The notes below the pieces were generated by a model. That model was not told the DNA's origin, made no database searches, and saw only the letters and a program-made list of their open reading frames with translations. A DNA stretch of 63,234 nucleotides, counting the filler, from Octopus bimaculoides (lineage: Eukaryota): the NCBI RefSeq assembly GCF_001194135.2. It is 6 parts of 6 records of this genome, joined end to end, with 100 filler letters (N's around TTAATTAATTAA, not from the genome) between each part and the next. Parts side by side here need not be neighbours in the genome. Positions count along the whole stretch, not along the records: positions 25,960 to 40,843 come from NC_068989.1; positions 40,944 to 55,812 come from NC_068998.1; 4 more parts are not named here. One strand, given 5' to 3'. Positions 36,696 through 48,940 of this stretch are shown here, piece by piece. A program made the translations under genes and the position numbers. Position 1 is the first letter of the stretch. Every line of letters begins with the position of its first letter.

Positions 36696-37489
36696 NNNNN
36701 NNNNNNNNNNNNNNNNNNNNNNNNNNNNNNNNNNNNNNNNNNNNNNNNNNNNNNNNNNNNNNNNNNNNNNNNNNNNNNNNNNNNNNNNNNNNNNNNNNNN
36801 NNNNNNNNNNNNNNNNNNNNNNNNNNNNNNNNNNNNNNNNNNNNNNNNNNNNNNNNNNNNNNNNNNNNNNNNNNNNNNNNNNNNNNNNNNNNNNNNNNNN
36901 NNNNNNNNNNNNNNNNNNNNNNNNNNNNNNNNNNNNNNNNNNNNNNNNNNNNNNNNNNNNNNNNNNNNNNNNNNNNNNNNNNNNNNNNNNNNNNNNNNNN
37001 NNNNNNNNNNNNNNNNNNNNNNNNNNNNNNNNNNNNNNNNNNNNNNNNNNNNNNNNNNNNNNNNNNNNNNNNNNNNNNNNNNNNNNNNNNNNNNNNNNNN
37101 NNNNNNNNNNNNNNNNNNNNNNNNNNNNNNNNNNNNNNNNNNNNNNNNNNNNNNNNNNNNNNNNNNNNNNNNNNNNNNNNNNNNNNNNNNNNNNNNNNNN
37201 NNNNNNNNNNNNNNNNNNNNNNNNNNNNNNNNNNNNNNNNNNNNNNNNNNNNNNNNNNNNNNNNNNNNNNNNNNNNNNNNNNNNNNNNNNNNNNNNNNNN
37301 NNNNNNNNNNNNNNNNNNNNNNNNNNNNNNNNNNNNNNNNNNNNNNNNNNNNNNNNNNNNNNNNNNNNNNNNNNNNNNNNNNNNNNNNNNNNNNNNNNNN
37401 NNNNNNNNNNNNNNNNNNNNNNNNNNNNNNNNNNNNNNGATAGATAGACAGATGGACAGATAGGTAGAGAGAAAGAGAGATAGAATGGG

Positions 37490-38490
37490 TATCCACCTTC
37501 CTATTCACCATTCATTTATTTAGTCTTTTACCATTGTATTGGAATGGGTTTAAAGATGGTGACCTCTTCAAAAAAAAAAACAAAAAAAAAAAAGAAACAG
37601 GTTCGGTTTGGTCATCACTGAAAGTCATTTTGCTTTCTTTCTCTCATCCCCCTTCTTTTTTCTTTTTCTTTTTTCCTTCCTTTTCCCTCCTTTCTTTTTA
37701 TCCTTTTTGAGTTATATTTAGAAAATACCCCTTACAAACATTCATTTTAGGGTGGAAATTTTTGATAAAGTGTTGTTCTGTATGAAAATACATTAGCATA
37801 ATATTTGCAAGTTAACAATTTAAAAAATCAATCAGTAAATAAAATAAAACGAAAATATATATACATACACACATGTATATACATATACATACACACATAT
37901 ATATGCATATATACACATATATATACATATACATATTCACATATATATACGTAAAGCTAGAACATCCCAATGCTACACATGTATATCTGAATATTTGTAG
38001 AGATGAGCCACATTTGGAATAAAGAATTCAAATTCTCCACTTTACCGTCAAACATTCAATTTTAGGGAGAATCCTTTGATGAAGTGTGTGTGTGTGTGGT
38101 TGGAAACATGTCCATGTTTATACTGTGTAACTTTGATCATGCCTCTTTCAATTCCATGATTTTGCATTAGAGAACATTAATATAACACTTACAAAATGTA
38201 CTGTCTATGCTTTTCTTTCAAACATTCAATTTTGGAGATTATTTTTTGATGAAATGTAATTCCATTGCTTTTTGGTACTGTGGATCATCCCGTGCACATT
38301 TGTAAAAGGGAAAAATTTTGAATTTTCTGTTGCTGTATATTTCCAAATTCTTACTTAATGGAATTTTGTGTAATTCTTCTTGTCGGATTTTTTGCCTGTG
38401 GATTCTTGCTAGTTGGCAGAGGGAATTATCTGTTTTGCCAATGTAATTTTCTTTGCAGTTTGGGCAGGTAATGCAGTATATACATTATGC
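37490..38490 (-). mobile_element. PLE (same type as 23770-25859): GIY-YIG C-terminus plus 3' UTR, with partial tandem ORF-end duplication
   Basis: ITCPNCKENYIGKT..RIHRQKIRQ..IFPFYK..HFIKK; ORF-end sequence repeated at ~38030-38085. Confidence 0.85.
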
Positions 38491-38522
38491 TAATGTATTT
38501 TCATACAAAACTACACTTTATC

Positions 38523-38645
38523 AAACTAGAAAATCACTCGGTGAGCACAGACCTCCGCCAAGCAGCTCATTTCCACCCATATACATGCATGCTGAAAATC
38601 GCCCAATTTCCCAAACCAACGCCGTCAGAAACATAACCTCCTCCC
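38523..38645 (+). mobile_element. Short Helentron-type (HINE-like) non-autonomous element
   Basis: aaactagaaaatcactcggtgagcacagacctccgccaag 5' end; aaacataacctcc 3' motif. Confidence 0.55.
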
Positions 38646-39489
38646 ATACTTATCTCGACCATCGTCATCATCAACACTGTCTCTCCTTTCACCACAATCA
38701 CCGTCAAAACTATGATCACCACAATCAGTTTCTTTACACAGTTGAAAATCCATTATCTGATACTTATGGGACCGAGATTGTTGCAGATTTTTGATTTTTC
38801 TAATTTCGGAGTGCTTTATTAAAAAAAAAATTGCATCTACAAAACGGAAAAGTCTGAGGATAAAAACCAGGTCTAAACACAATAGATTATAGACATACTC
38901 TGAATGTAGTTCTATATAAATCTTTAATAATTTTTTTTATACTTAAGACCATCAGAAATATTAAGATATCAGCCTCTACCCACGTTGTTATGCTTTGATT
39001 AAAAGGTTACAGCATAGATTAGATTACTTAGATAAGTTTTGATCGAAGTTGAGTCAGGCTATGTCTAATTTAATAGCACCATCTGGAAGAGATACACAGT
39101 CTGGGGAACCGTAGCCCATTCAAGCAGAGGGTTATTGTTTTCAGAGACATATGTGGGTGCAGGTAGTTTATCTAGTATTTGTTGGGATTAATCATCTAGG
39201 TATCATTTGAATGCTGTGAAGTCACTTTCCTCCTCTATGTGTGTCTGGCACGATGTTGAAGAGAGCTGGGCCAATTGAAGTGAAATAGTTCTGTCGTAGT
39301 GTTGTGATATGACACGTGCATTTCTGTAGTGGATGGCTGGCACAGGGGCCAAGCTTCGGACGAATTTTAAAGATAGGCAATGTTGATGGAATATTTTCCA
39401 CATCATACAGATGATATAGAGCTCACAGCAGCAATGGAGGGAACAAAGCCTGAGCTTTTTGAGTCAATCCCAATAGTCAAGGCTTGTCA

Positions 39490-39875
39490 TGTCATCCTCT
39501 GCAGACCTCTGCCAAGCAGCTCATTTTAAGATAGATACGCGAGTAGAATTACTAATAGAGAAACGAAAATAAACTTTGGAAACAGCAACGCCACCATAGG
39601 TTATGTAGAAACGATGAACGTGTTTTCAAGGGAGATAATCAAAGAACGTAACATCATAATACTTCATGTAAAGTAAATATAACAAATGAAAAATCCTTCA
39701 TGAATCCATAAAAATTTCCGGATCACTCCCAAAATTTCATCATCTGTTCCTTGTGTCATTACCAACTTTTCCTGCAAGTTTCATTAAATACCGTTCACAA
39801 CTTTTTGAGTTATTTTGCACACAGACGGACAAACCAACGCTGATGAAAACATAACCTCCTTCCTTGGCAGAGGTA
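39490..39875 (+). mobile_element. Helentron-type (HINE-like) non-autonomous element
   Basis: Sub-terminal inverted repeat acctctgccaag / cttggcagaggt and 3' stem acctcc..agaggt; acagacggacaaaccaacg tract. Confidence 0.65.
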
Positions 39876-40110
39876 AAAATTCCCTCCAAAAATGAATGTT
39901 TGGAAGGGGTATATTCTAAATATAACTCAAAGAGGAGAAAAATAAAGAAAGGAGGAAAAAGGAAGGGGGAAGAGAGAAAGAAAGCAAAATGACTTTCAGT
40001 GATAACCAAACCACACCCGTTTCTTTTTTTTTTTTTTTAAGAGGTCACCATCCTTAAATCCATTCCAATACAATGGTAAAGGACTAGATAAATAAATAAA
40101 TGAATGAATA
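39873..40110 (+). mobile_element. Inverted copy of the PLE 3' UTR at 37500-37760
   Basis: Reverse-complement match, e.g. gaaagcaaaatgactttcagtgat and aagaggtcaccatc..cattccaatacaatggtaaa. Confidence 0.85.
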
Positions 40111-40314
40111 ACGTAGAGCATAGGAAGTAGAATAGTGTCTTACAGCTGTTTCAGCCAAGGGGCCATAGTACCCCACTTTACTTCCATCCGTTCAGTGAAC
40201 TGAAGCATTTGGTAGATAAGATTAAAGTACTTGGGTGTGCCTCTAGGCTTCGTCAGAGAGTTTAGAAAGTTCATAAGGTTAAGTTATAAATATAAATATA
40301 TACACACTTTTACA

Positions 40315-40843
40315 TCATCATCATCATTATCATCGTTTAATGTTTGCTTTCCATGTTAGCATGGGTTGAACGATTTGACTGAGTACTGGTGAACCAGATG
40401 GCTGCACCAGGCTCCAATCTGATCTGGCAGAGTTTCTACAGCTGGATGCCCTTCCTAACGCCAACCACTCCGAGAGTGTAGTGGGTGTTTTTACATGCCA
40501 CCGGCACAAGGGCCAGTCAAGCAGTACTGGCAACGGCCATGTTCAAAATGGTGTTTTTACGTGCCACCTGCACAGGAGCCAGTCCAGCGGCACTGGCAAT
40601 GACCTCGCTCGAATGTTTTCTAACGTGCCACCGGCACAAGTGCCAGTAAGGTGACGCTGGTGACGATCATGCTCAAATGGTACTATTTACATGCCACTGG
40701 CACGGAAGCCAGAGAGCTGCTCTGGCAATGATCATGCTCGGACGGTGCTGTTAGTGCTCCACTGGCACAGGTGCCACTCATCGAATATGGTTCAATTATG
40801 ATTTCGATTTCACTTGCCCCAACAAGTCTTTGCAAGCAGAGTT
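40315..40843 (-). mobile_element. RTE-type 3' end with (GAT)n tail and internal ~60-70 bp tandem units
   Basis: Homologous to 30560-30793 and 34230-34400; repeated gtgccaccggcac..ctggcaa..gctcg units. Confidence 0.8.
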
Positions 40844-40943
40844 NNNNNNNNNNNNNNNNNNNNNNNNNNNNNNNNNNNNNNNNNNNNTTAATTAATTAAN
40901 NNNNNNNNNNNNNNNNNNNNNNNNNNNNNNNNNNNNNNNNNNN

Positions 40944-41301
40944 GTGGTTAGGGCAGCAGACTCGCGGTCATAGGATCGCGGTTTCGATTCCCAGGCCGGG
41001 CGTTGTGAGTGTTTATTGAGCGAAAACACCTAAAGCTCCACGAGTCTCCGGCAGGGGATGGTGGCGAACCCTGCTGTACTCTTCCACCACAACTTTCTCA
41101 CTCTTACTTCCTGTTTCTGTTGTGCCTGATTCAAAAGGTCAGCCTTGTCACACTGTGTCACGCTGAATATCCCCGAGAACTACGTTAAGGGTACACGTGT
41201 CTGTGGAGTGCTCAGCCACTTGCACGTTAATTTCACGAGCAGGCTGTTCCGTTGATCGGATCAACTGGAACCCCCGACGTCGTAAGCGACGGAGTGCCAA
41301 C
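40944..41301 (+). mobile_element. tRNA-headed SINE, family B
   Basis: gtggttagggcagc..ggtttcgattccc head; gagaactacgttaagggtacacgtgtctgtggagtgctcagccacttgcacg body. Confidence 0.92.
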
Positions 41302-41446
41302 ATGCTCTAACATATCAAGATATTACTTTACTTAGACAAATAAATGCGAAAACTATGTACACCGCCATATGTAGAAAGGCAGGCACTATTGTTGTCGGTG
41401 TGAAAAATACTTTCCATTCATTTGTATAAATTTTTCAGTTTGTTCT

Positions 41447-42105
41447 TATATATTTGTTTCAAATTTTGGCACCAGGCTAGCAGTTTTTGAGGGGAAGGGG
41501 AAGTCGATTATATCAGCTGTAGTCCTTGGCTGGTACTTATTTTATCGATCACAAGGCATTGTCGACCTCGGTGGAATTTGGGCTTAGAACTTAAATACGG
41601 ACGAAATGTCGCTGAGAATTCTGTCCGGCGTGTTCACAGTTCTGCCGGCCTACCGCCTTTATATGTTCTTATATATTGGTTTCAAATTTTGGCACAGGGC
41701 TAGCAATTTAATGGGAGGGCTAAGTCGATTATATCGGCTCAACTGGTACTTATTTCATCGAGTCCGAAAGGAAGAAAGACAAATTCGACCTCGGCGGGAT
41801 TTGATCTCAGAACATACAGACGGACGAAATGCTGCCAAGGATTTTGTCCGGCGTGTTAACATTTCTGCCAGCTTACCGTCTTGATAATAATACTAATAAT
41901 CCTTTCTACTATAAGCACAAGGTATGAAATTTTGCGGGAGCGGGACTAGTCGATTACAACGACCCCGGTACTTGACTAACGCTTATTTCATCGACACCGA
42001 AAGAATGAAAGGAAAATTCTACCTCGGTAGCATTTGAACTCAAAACGTAAAAGCGGAAGAAATACCGCTAAGCATTTTTGTCCGCTATGCTACCGAATCT
42101 CCCAC
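41447..42105 (-). mobile_element. Three consecutive same-orientation family C SINEs (41447-41658, 41672-41880, 41905-42105)
   Basis: Each copy has its own head, body and tail; the copies differ at many positions. Confidence 0.9.
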
Positions 42106-42115
42106 CTCACCGCGT

Positions 42116-42132
42116 TACTACTACCACTGCTG

Positions 42133-42163
<31 letters not shown>

Positions 42164-42233
42164 ACTAATAATAATAATAATAACAACAACAACAACAACA
42201 ATAACAACAACAACAACAACAACAGCAACAATG

Positions 42234-42292
<59 letters not shown>
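42116..42292. repeat. Compound trinucleotide array (ACT)(AAT)(AAC)(AAT)
   Basis: Direct. Confidence 0.97.
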
Positions 42293-42293
<1 letters not shown>

Positions 42294-42846
42294 TCCCTGA
42301 TGCAGTGCCAGGCAGTGGCTTTCATGGCTTCTGATCTTAATTGATTGGAAGTGTTATCATGTACATTATTTTGTCTTGGTATAAAAGATGGGCTACAGTA
42401 AATATTCTGCTTAATACTACAGATTTGCTTGTCAGTTGTTTGACCTTAACCAGTTGTTTGACCTTAACCCTTGGTGGCTGACGATATGTGCATCTCTGAT
42501 CATGAGCAGAAGTAGTGGGGGAGCATCATAGCCATGTGTTGAGAGGAATTCTTTGGAGTTTTGATACTTCACCTCTGGAAACATCTGTGTTTCGTTCAAC
42601 ATCCTTAAATAACCCTTATTCAGTACCTTTTGAGCAGGATGGGCTACTCGGCCTCAAGAAAATTCTAACTGGGTCCCACCTGCAAGGTCATGCGCTGTTA
42701 ATCTTGATATAAGATCACTATGTCACGCACAAATGGTTGTGATGCATTTGCCTGGTATACCCTTATCAGACGGGTAGTCATGATGGGTATACTGGGTTTC
42801 GTATATTTTACCCCAGTGTCACTTTGATGGCATGCACTGCTTTCTC
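42293..42846 (+). mobile_element. Unclassified ~550-bp interspersed element flanked on both sides by (AAT)n; partial second copy at 46030-46249
   Basis: 42640-42846 aligns to 46030-46249 (gaaaattctaactgg..cacctgcaag..cagtgtcactttgatggcat..ctgct); both end in (AAT)n. Confidence 0.7.
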
Positions 42847-42872
42847 AATAATAATAATAATAATAATAATAA

Positions 42873-42916
<44 letters not shown>

Positions 42917-42918
42917 AT

Positions 42919-45900
42919 AAACCTTTCGTTACTGACCACAAGAGCCGAACACAAAAACATACAGGCATACAGGGACAATACAAAACATAGGAGAAGTGGG
43001 GTTTAAAACAAAAAAAGTGTAAACAATAAACAGTTAAAAAATCTAGCAACAAAATACACCAAATAGGTGGGGAGTTCCACCCAGAGCAAACCTGGGTACC
43101 TCACACATCCTGGTCATCGCGACTGCCAAGGGCACGCCAGGTAGGCACCCCTCTTTCCCTCAACTGCTCCGACTTAGAGACAAACATTCACGCGAGCCAT
43201 TGTCGCAACATCCACTCACCTCTTAGCAAACTTACTGCGTGGCAGTACTTCCCTCTCTACCCTCACTTTCCTTTTTCAAGTGGAATTTGAAAAAGCCGAT
43301 GAGGGATCGGCCGAAGAGAAAAGTGTATGTCTTCAGTCCTTTCAGTCTCGTCTATCACACTACCTCTTTCGCCATAGCAACCAGGTAGAGGTAAACTGCC
43401 TTTCCCTCCCGGCCAAAAGAAGGCTGCGGGGCGACCCTCACAATGGACTCGGCTGATAACCGGATCCGTCCTACACGTGATAACAGCTGTTCGACAAAGC
43501 TCCACAAGTCTGTAATGCACGAACACTAGACGAGTGCATGAAGGACGGATTCATCACCCTATGCACACCTCGGACAGGTCTGTCTGACAGCAATTCCGTG
43601 TCTCTAGAGCTTGACTCGAACCGGCAGAGCTCCACGGTAGCATTACCAGGCCAGAAATTTCTGGAGGTTGTCCATAAGTCCTGGCCTGAAAAATACCAGT
43701 TAGCTGATCCCTCCCGACGCCCAGACTTTCCCCGAGGACGTCGTCGCTCTTTCCCTCTACTAATCTCCTATAGAACTCCATAGTGGAACTTCCACTGACC
43801 GTGTTGCCCGACTGGTAGAAAGCTATGAGCGCTTGCCAACAGTCCAGGTGCCAAGCGCCCTTTCTTGGTTTACGCTTGATCCAGGACTGTAGTTCCATCA
43901 GTGAGACGAGCTGCGTAAAGTCCCATTTAGCGAACAGTGACCACACCTGCTCACAGTTAAGGAAACGCTGGAGATGTCGCAGCCTCAGTTCATGTCTGCG
44001 TATCATTAGCCGCGGCATGCCCAGTTCTCCACTCAGCGGCTCTTGACTGCAGATGGACCGTCTGACGAGCGGAACACGTCCCTGCCATAGAAAGTAGAAG
44101 AGCAAGTGCTCCAACTTTATCAGGTACGAAGTAATGTAAGGGATGACGATCAGGCGGTAGTAGATGATGGAAACGATGTACGCATTCGTCACCTCCGCTC
44201 GACCTTTCATGGACAACTTCCTCTCTGACCATTTTTGAATGAGATTGGCTACTCTGCTCGTCACCTCCCCCAGTTCTTGTCCATCTTGAGCTCTGAACCA
44301 AACCAGACGCCGAGCAATTTTACTGGTACTTCCGTCCAGCGCCCGTCAGTTGGAATGAACCTGCCTCTCCAGGTGCCGAGCTGCCGGCCCACCCACTTCT
44401 GCTGGTTGATCTTTGCACCTGTCACTGATATGTACTCCCTTAAGGCAATGCTGACCACCACAATTTCCGAGCTGTCCGACACTATTACGGTGACGTCGTC
44501 TGCGTAAGTCGATACGAAATTACCGCATCCTAGATCATGCAGGATGCCCTTCGAAAAATCCAGCTTCCACAGGAATGGATCAAGAGCCAGTACGTAAAGA
44601 AGATGTACATCTGAAAGACCGATGCTAAATGTTTCCGATAGATGGCCTTTTCTTTTGACCACCAAACGGGTGTTGCTGTACATTGCAGCGATCTAGCCTC
44701 TGAAAACGGGACCGAAGCCCACTGACGCGAGAACAGCCTCCAAGTACTGGTGGTCAACCCTATCAAAATTTATCAGGGCCCCATCTATGTCAGGCTCCTT
44801 ACCATGCCAGGTTCTATGTTGTAGCGCGTAAGGTGGAGGTTGTCATGTATAGTTCTATTTGGGATAGTGCTTGTCTGCGCGTCACCAACTTATCGACAAG
44901 CGCCAACCTCTGACTAACACCTTGGCTATAATCTTATAATCTGCGTTCAGCAGAGTTATAGGCCTAAAATTATCAATTTTGTCTCCCTTGCTAGGGTCCT
45001 TCCCCAACAGCACGGCTACAACACTGCTACTCCACGGTTACAACACTGGGAATTCTCCTATTCTGCGACCAGTTGTGATAGACGTCTACCAAGAGATCAC
45101 CGAACAAGTCTGGCATATGAAAATAAAGCTCGAAGAGTAGACCACCCCGCTCTGGATACCTCTCTTGGGCAGCTCGTCATCGCGTCCCGTATATCTTCGG
45201 CTGTTATCGGTATTTCACAGAACTCTGCATCCATGGCTAGAGGCGCGGTGTGCCACTGAGAAAGAAGGTGAAATCCACCACCGTTCCAGAACCACCGCGC
45301 GCCCCATAAAGTTCGGTGAAGTGCCGCTGAAGTTCCGCACACATCTGCTTGGACTCGGTTATCATGCGCCCATCACAGCTCACCAAAGACCGAATTGCTG
45401 CTTTGTTTCCACGTAACGCCTCTGCCAGGCCCATCGAACGGCTTTTGTCCCCTCCCGTCTCAGTGTACGCGCCCTAGCTCTAACAACGCAACCTTTGTAC
45501 TTGGCATTGAAGAATTGATCAAGAGCCAATCTCACTGCTAGCACGTCGATCGCTATGCTTCTCCTTAGCGCCTCATCTAGCTTCCTAACTAGCTGTCCTC
45601 CTAACCCAAATTCCTCTAACGCTATTTCCTTACTGAAACCTACCGCCTCTACTTTAATAGCCCTTTTCAGTGCTATCCACCATCTGTTTTTGACGATTTC
45701 GCCCGCCAACTTCCGGTCTCTGAAAGCTTGGCGTGCCTGGAAGGACGCGTTCAGCTTCCAGTATTTGGGGCCCTGTCTATGGATCTTACCTCTGTCGACC
45801 GTACAGATCACAAATTTATGGTCTGTGTAGCCGACGACTTCGAAACGTGGATAGCCTATACTACTTCTGTCTACAGGCCTACAAAATACTCTATCTAGAT

Positions 45901-45965
45901 ACGATCTAGAAGACCCGATGCGGTTTGCCCTTGTCCGCATTGGCGCATTCGGGAAATCCAGTCGG
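42919..45965 (-). mobile_element. Tx1/L1-clade LINE ORF2 (partial APE, RT, CCHC) plus 3' UTR; 5'-truncated and frameshifted
   Basis: SYLDRVF..TDHKFV..GPKYWKLNAS (APE end); STYADDVTV; GAKIN..KLLGVWF; KWSERKLSMKGRA; GMPRL; TCPRC..LHALV. Confidence 0.95.
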
Positions 45966-46249
45966 TACTGAGCAGGCTTGTGAGGCTTTTACTCCCTTCT
46001 CTCCTATCAGCTAGCCCTACCCTATCCAGTGATGGGCTACTTGACCCGAAGAAAATTCTAACTGGTCCCCACCTGCAAGATCATGCGTTGTTTGTCTTGA
46101 TAAGAGGTTACCATGCCGAGCACATATGGTTTTGATGCATGTGATTGGTCTACTCTTATCAGACGAATAGTCATGATGAGTATATTGGACTATGATGGGT
46201 ATATTTGCACCCCAGTGTCACTTTGATGGCATAAACTGCTCTCTCACTC

Positions 46250-46302
<53 letters not shown>

Positions 46303-46320
46303 TAATAATAATAATAGTAA

Positions 46321-46880
46321 TATTTTCTTTGTTAACCACACGGGCTGAAAGGCAATGAGGACAGATACAGCACAGTAGAGGTTTGCATTAAATCGCATAA
46401 TAAAATCGAAGCTTGTGGTTTGGAGATTTGTCTGTTGAAGTTATTTTTGTGTTTGCAGATTTAACGGCTTTTGTTGTTTTTGTACAATTGTAGAGTTTGT
46501 GCTGGTGCTCCACTGGTTTCTGGGCTTTCAGATATTTCGTATATTTTTCTATTTGTGTGTGTATGTCTGTGTGAGTGTGTTCGTGTGTGCGCACGCGCGA
46601 CTGAGGCACAGTTAGTCAAAAGTAGTACGTATGTTTTTTTTTCTTTTCTTTTCTTCCTTGCTGACTGATTCCACCGTTTCACTTTTCTCCTCCGCTTCTC
46701 TGCCCACGAGGAGTGACAGATGTATAAAGAAGACTCAGTCTGTTGTCCTTAGGCCCTTCGTATCGGTGTTTGTTGTTGGTCTGAGAAAAGAGGGAACTCA
46801 TTTGAAGATTATTATTGTGAAGAGTTTGGTGTGAACATCCTACGATATCTCGAATCTGAAATGCTTTGCTCAGTGACAAT
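46321..46880 (-). mobile_element. Tx1-like LINE 3' end fragment
   Basis: Terminal tgtatctgtcctc..agcccgtgtggttaacaaagaaaat resembles the 3' ends at 26851-26897 and 42919-42980. Confidence 0.55.
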
Positions 46881-46917
46881 AATGTGTGTGTGTGTGTGTG
46901 TGTGTGTGTTAATATAT

Positions 46918-47237
46918 ATGTGGTTTCAGTCGAACAAATCGGTTCCAGTACTTACTTCTTAAAAGACTGGTACTATTTCTATCGATATCTTTTGCCGAAC
47001 CACTAAGTTACGCGAACGTAAATAAACACACAACTGTTGTCACGAGGTTATAAGGGACAAACACAAACACATAGACACAGAACACATGCAGATATACTCA
47101 GAGAAAGAAACTCACAAGGCTTTGGTCGGCCCGAGGCTATAATAGAAGACACTTGCCCAAGGTGCCACGCAGTGGGACTGAACCCGGAACCATGTGATTC
47201 GTAAACAAGCTACTTACCACACAGCCACTCCTACACC
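46918..47237 (-). mobile_element. tRNA-headed SINE, family A
   Basis: Reverse-complement match to 36368-36695. Confidence 0.9.
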
Positions 47238-47649
47238 TATATATATATATATATATATATATNNNNNNNNNNNNNNNNNNNNNNNNNNNNNNNNNNNNNN
47301 NNNNNNNNNNNNNNNNNNNNNNNNNNNNNNNNNNNNNNNNNNNNNNNNNNNNNNNNNNNNNNNNNNNNNNNNNNNNNNNNNNNNNNNNNNNNNNNNNNNN
47401 NNNNNNNNNNNNNNNNNNNNNNNNNNNNNNNNNNNNNNNNNNNNNNNNNNNNNNNNNNNNNNNNNNNNNNNNNNNNNATATATATGCATGCATGTATGTA
47501 TGTATGTATGTATTTGTGTATGTACACACGCACAAACATGGGTGGATCAGCAAGTCTGAAACATTTAAAATATTGTCTAGTAGATAACTCCACCATTTTA
47601 GTGGTGCCAAAATGTCAAGGAGGGAGCATTCTTTCTTTGTTTCGAAAAT

Positions 47650-47900
47650 TCTTTATTTATTAATGAATTTCAAGATTCCATACATTGTAGACATCCTGTC
47701 TTTAAGATGTCTCCTTCGTTGAGATCAGAACCTACGTATCGCTTTTTTTTTTTTTTCGATGTAGTAATGTCGCCTTCAAAGGAAATAATCCATTTTTGAT
47801 CTCTAAGAAATACTTGTATTAAGATTTACCTTCTTAGAATCAGATGAGGTTTAATTGCTATAGCTGCTGTGCGGGTACAGTTATTAGTTTGCCGAAGAAA
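47650..47900 (-). mobile_element. Possible very old non-LTR RT remnant (R4-like)
   Basis: Weak DITTSK..IR..GD.L similarity to RT subdomain 4. Confidence 0.25.
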
Positions 47901-48129
47901 TCTATATTCTTTTTATGGAGATAGCATCAATATTTCTAATCGTAGGATCAGAAGTTGTCTACTGACGCTTATAGATATGTTTATATGTAAGTATTGATAT
48001 GTGTACATATGATGTCTTAATGTATCCATTCTGCATTGGTTGGTTGACGTGCAGAGATAGTCGATTGCATCTATGAATGAAAAGAATCCTAGTAGGACAG
48101 GCGATAAAATTTGTATGTCTAAGAGCTTA

Positions 48130-48207
<78 letters not shown>

Positions 48208-48302
48208 ACATAGGGTAAAATTAATTAGTTAATTAATTAATTAATAGTTATTAATTTTACCAAGTAGTCACTACTTTAAAAAAAAACTTTTTAGGTGAAT
48301 TA

Positions 48303-48764
48303 TACAAAATATTCGATAATTATCTACATAATTATAATCAGGTGTCAGCTAAGTGCCTCACCACGTACTGAATTAGAAACAGACGCTAATGTCTTTACAA
48401 CTACCATAAAAATGTAGGTAAAATTAGAAATAGATGCTAATACCTTTTCAACTACCATAAAAATGTAGGTAAAAAGAAGAATGATGAATCCACACGACAT
48501 TCGGTTAACCACAGACGCGTTTCGAATTTAAAGTACTCAGTGCGGTACTCCGAGTTATAAATTTGCGAGTGTTAAGATTAAATATGTACGCGATCAAGCG
48601 TCATCGCATAACTAATGTTCAACCGCACTCCCAAAGATGTGTTAACGTATCGGAAATTTTTATTGTAGTTGAAAAGACATTAGCGTCTATTTCTAATTCA
48701 GTACGTGGCGAGGCACCTAGCTGACTCCTGATTATAATTATGTATATAATTATAGAATATTTTG

Positions 48765-48766
<2 letters not shown>
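48303..48766. mobile_element. Fold-back element: ~110-bp inverted arms (48303-48413 and 48656-48766) enclosing a degenerate hammerhead; probably PLE-derived
   Basis: Arms about 90% reverse-complementary by eye; HHR-like motif at 48508-48546 (-). Confidence 0.75.
48508..48546 (-). ncRNA. Degenerate minimal hammerhead, family F4
   Basis: ACCGCA-CUGAGUA-CUUUAAAUUC-GAAAC-GC-GUC-UGUGGU: 6-bp stem I, palindromic ACGCGU stem III, GUC site; G8 and stem II are defective. Confidence 0.5.
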
Positions 48767-48838
<72 letters not shown>

Positions 48839-48940
48839 TGTATGTATGTATGTATGTATGTATATATGTATACACACACACACACATATATATGTCTGTG
48901 TTCTTGTGTGTGTTTGTGTGGATATGTTTATATGTATATG

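Noticed and set aside
37600-37640. Possible hammerhead in the second PLE type's 3' UTR (minus strand GUGAUGACCAAACCGAACC)
   Set aside because: It lacks CUGA and GAAA, has no stem II, and is not conserved in the inverted copy at ~39990.
42078-42344. Poly-T/poly-I/poly-N/poly-L ORFs (also 625-930, 42819-43052, 46171-46398)
   Set aside because: These are translations of trinucleotide microsatellites.
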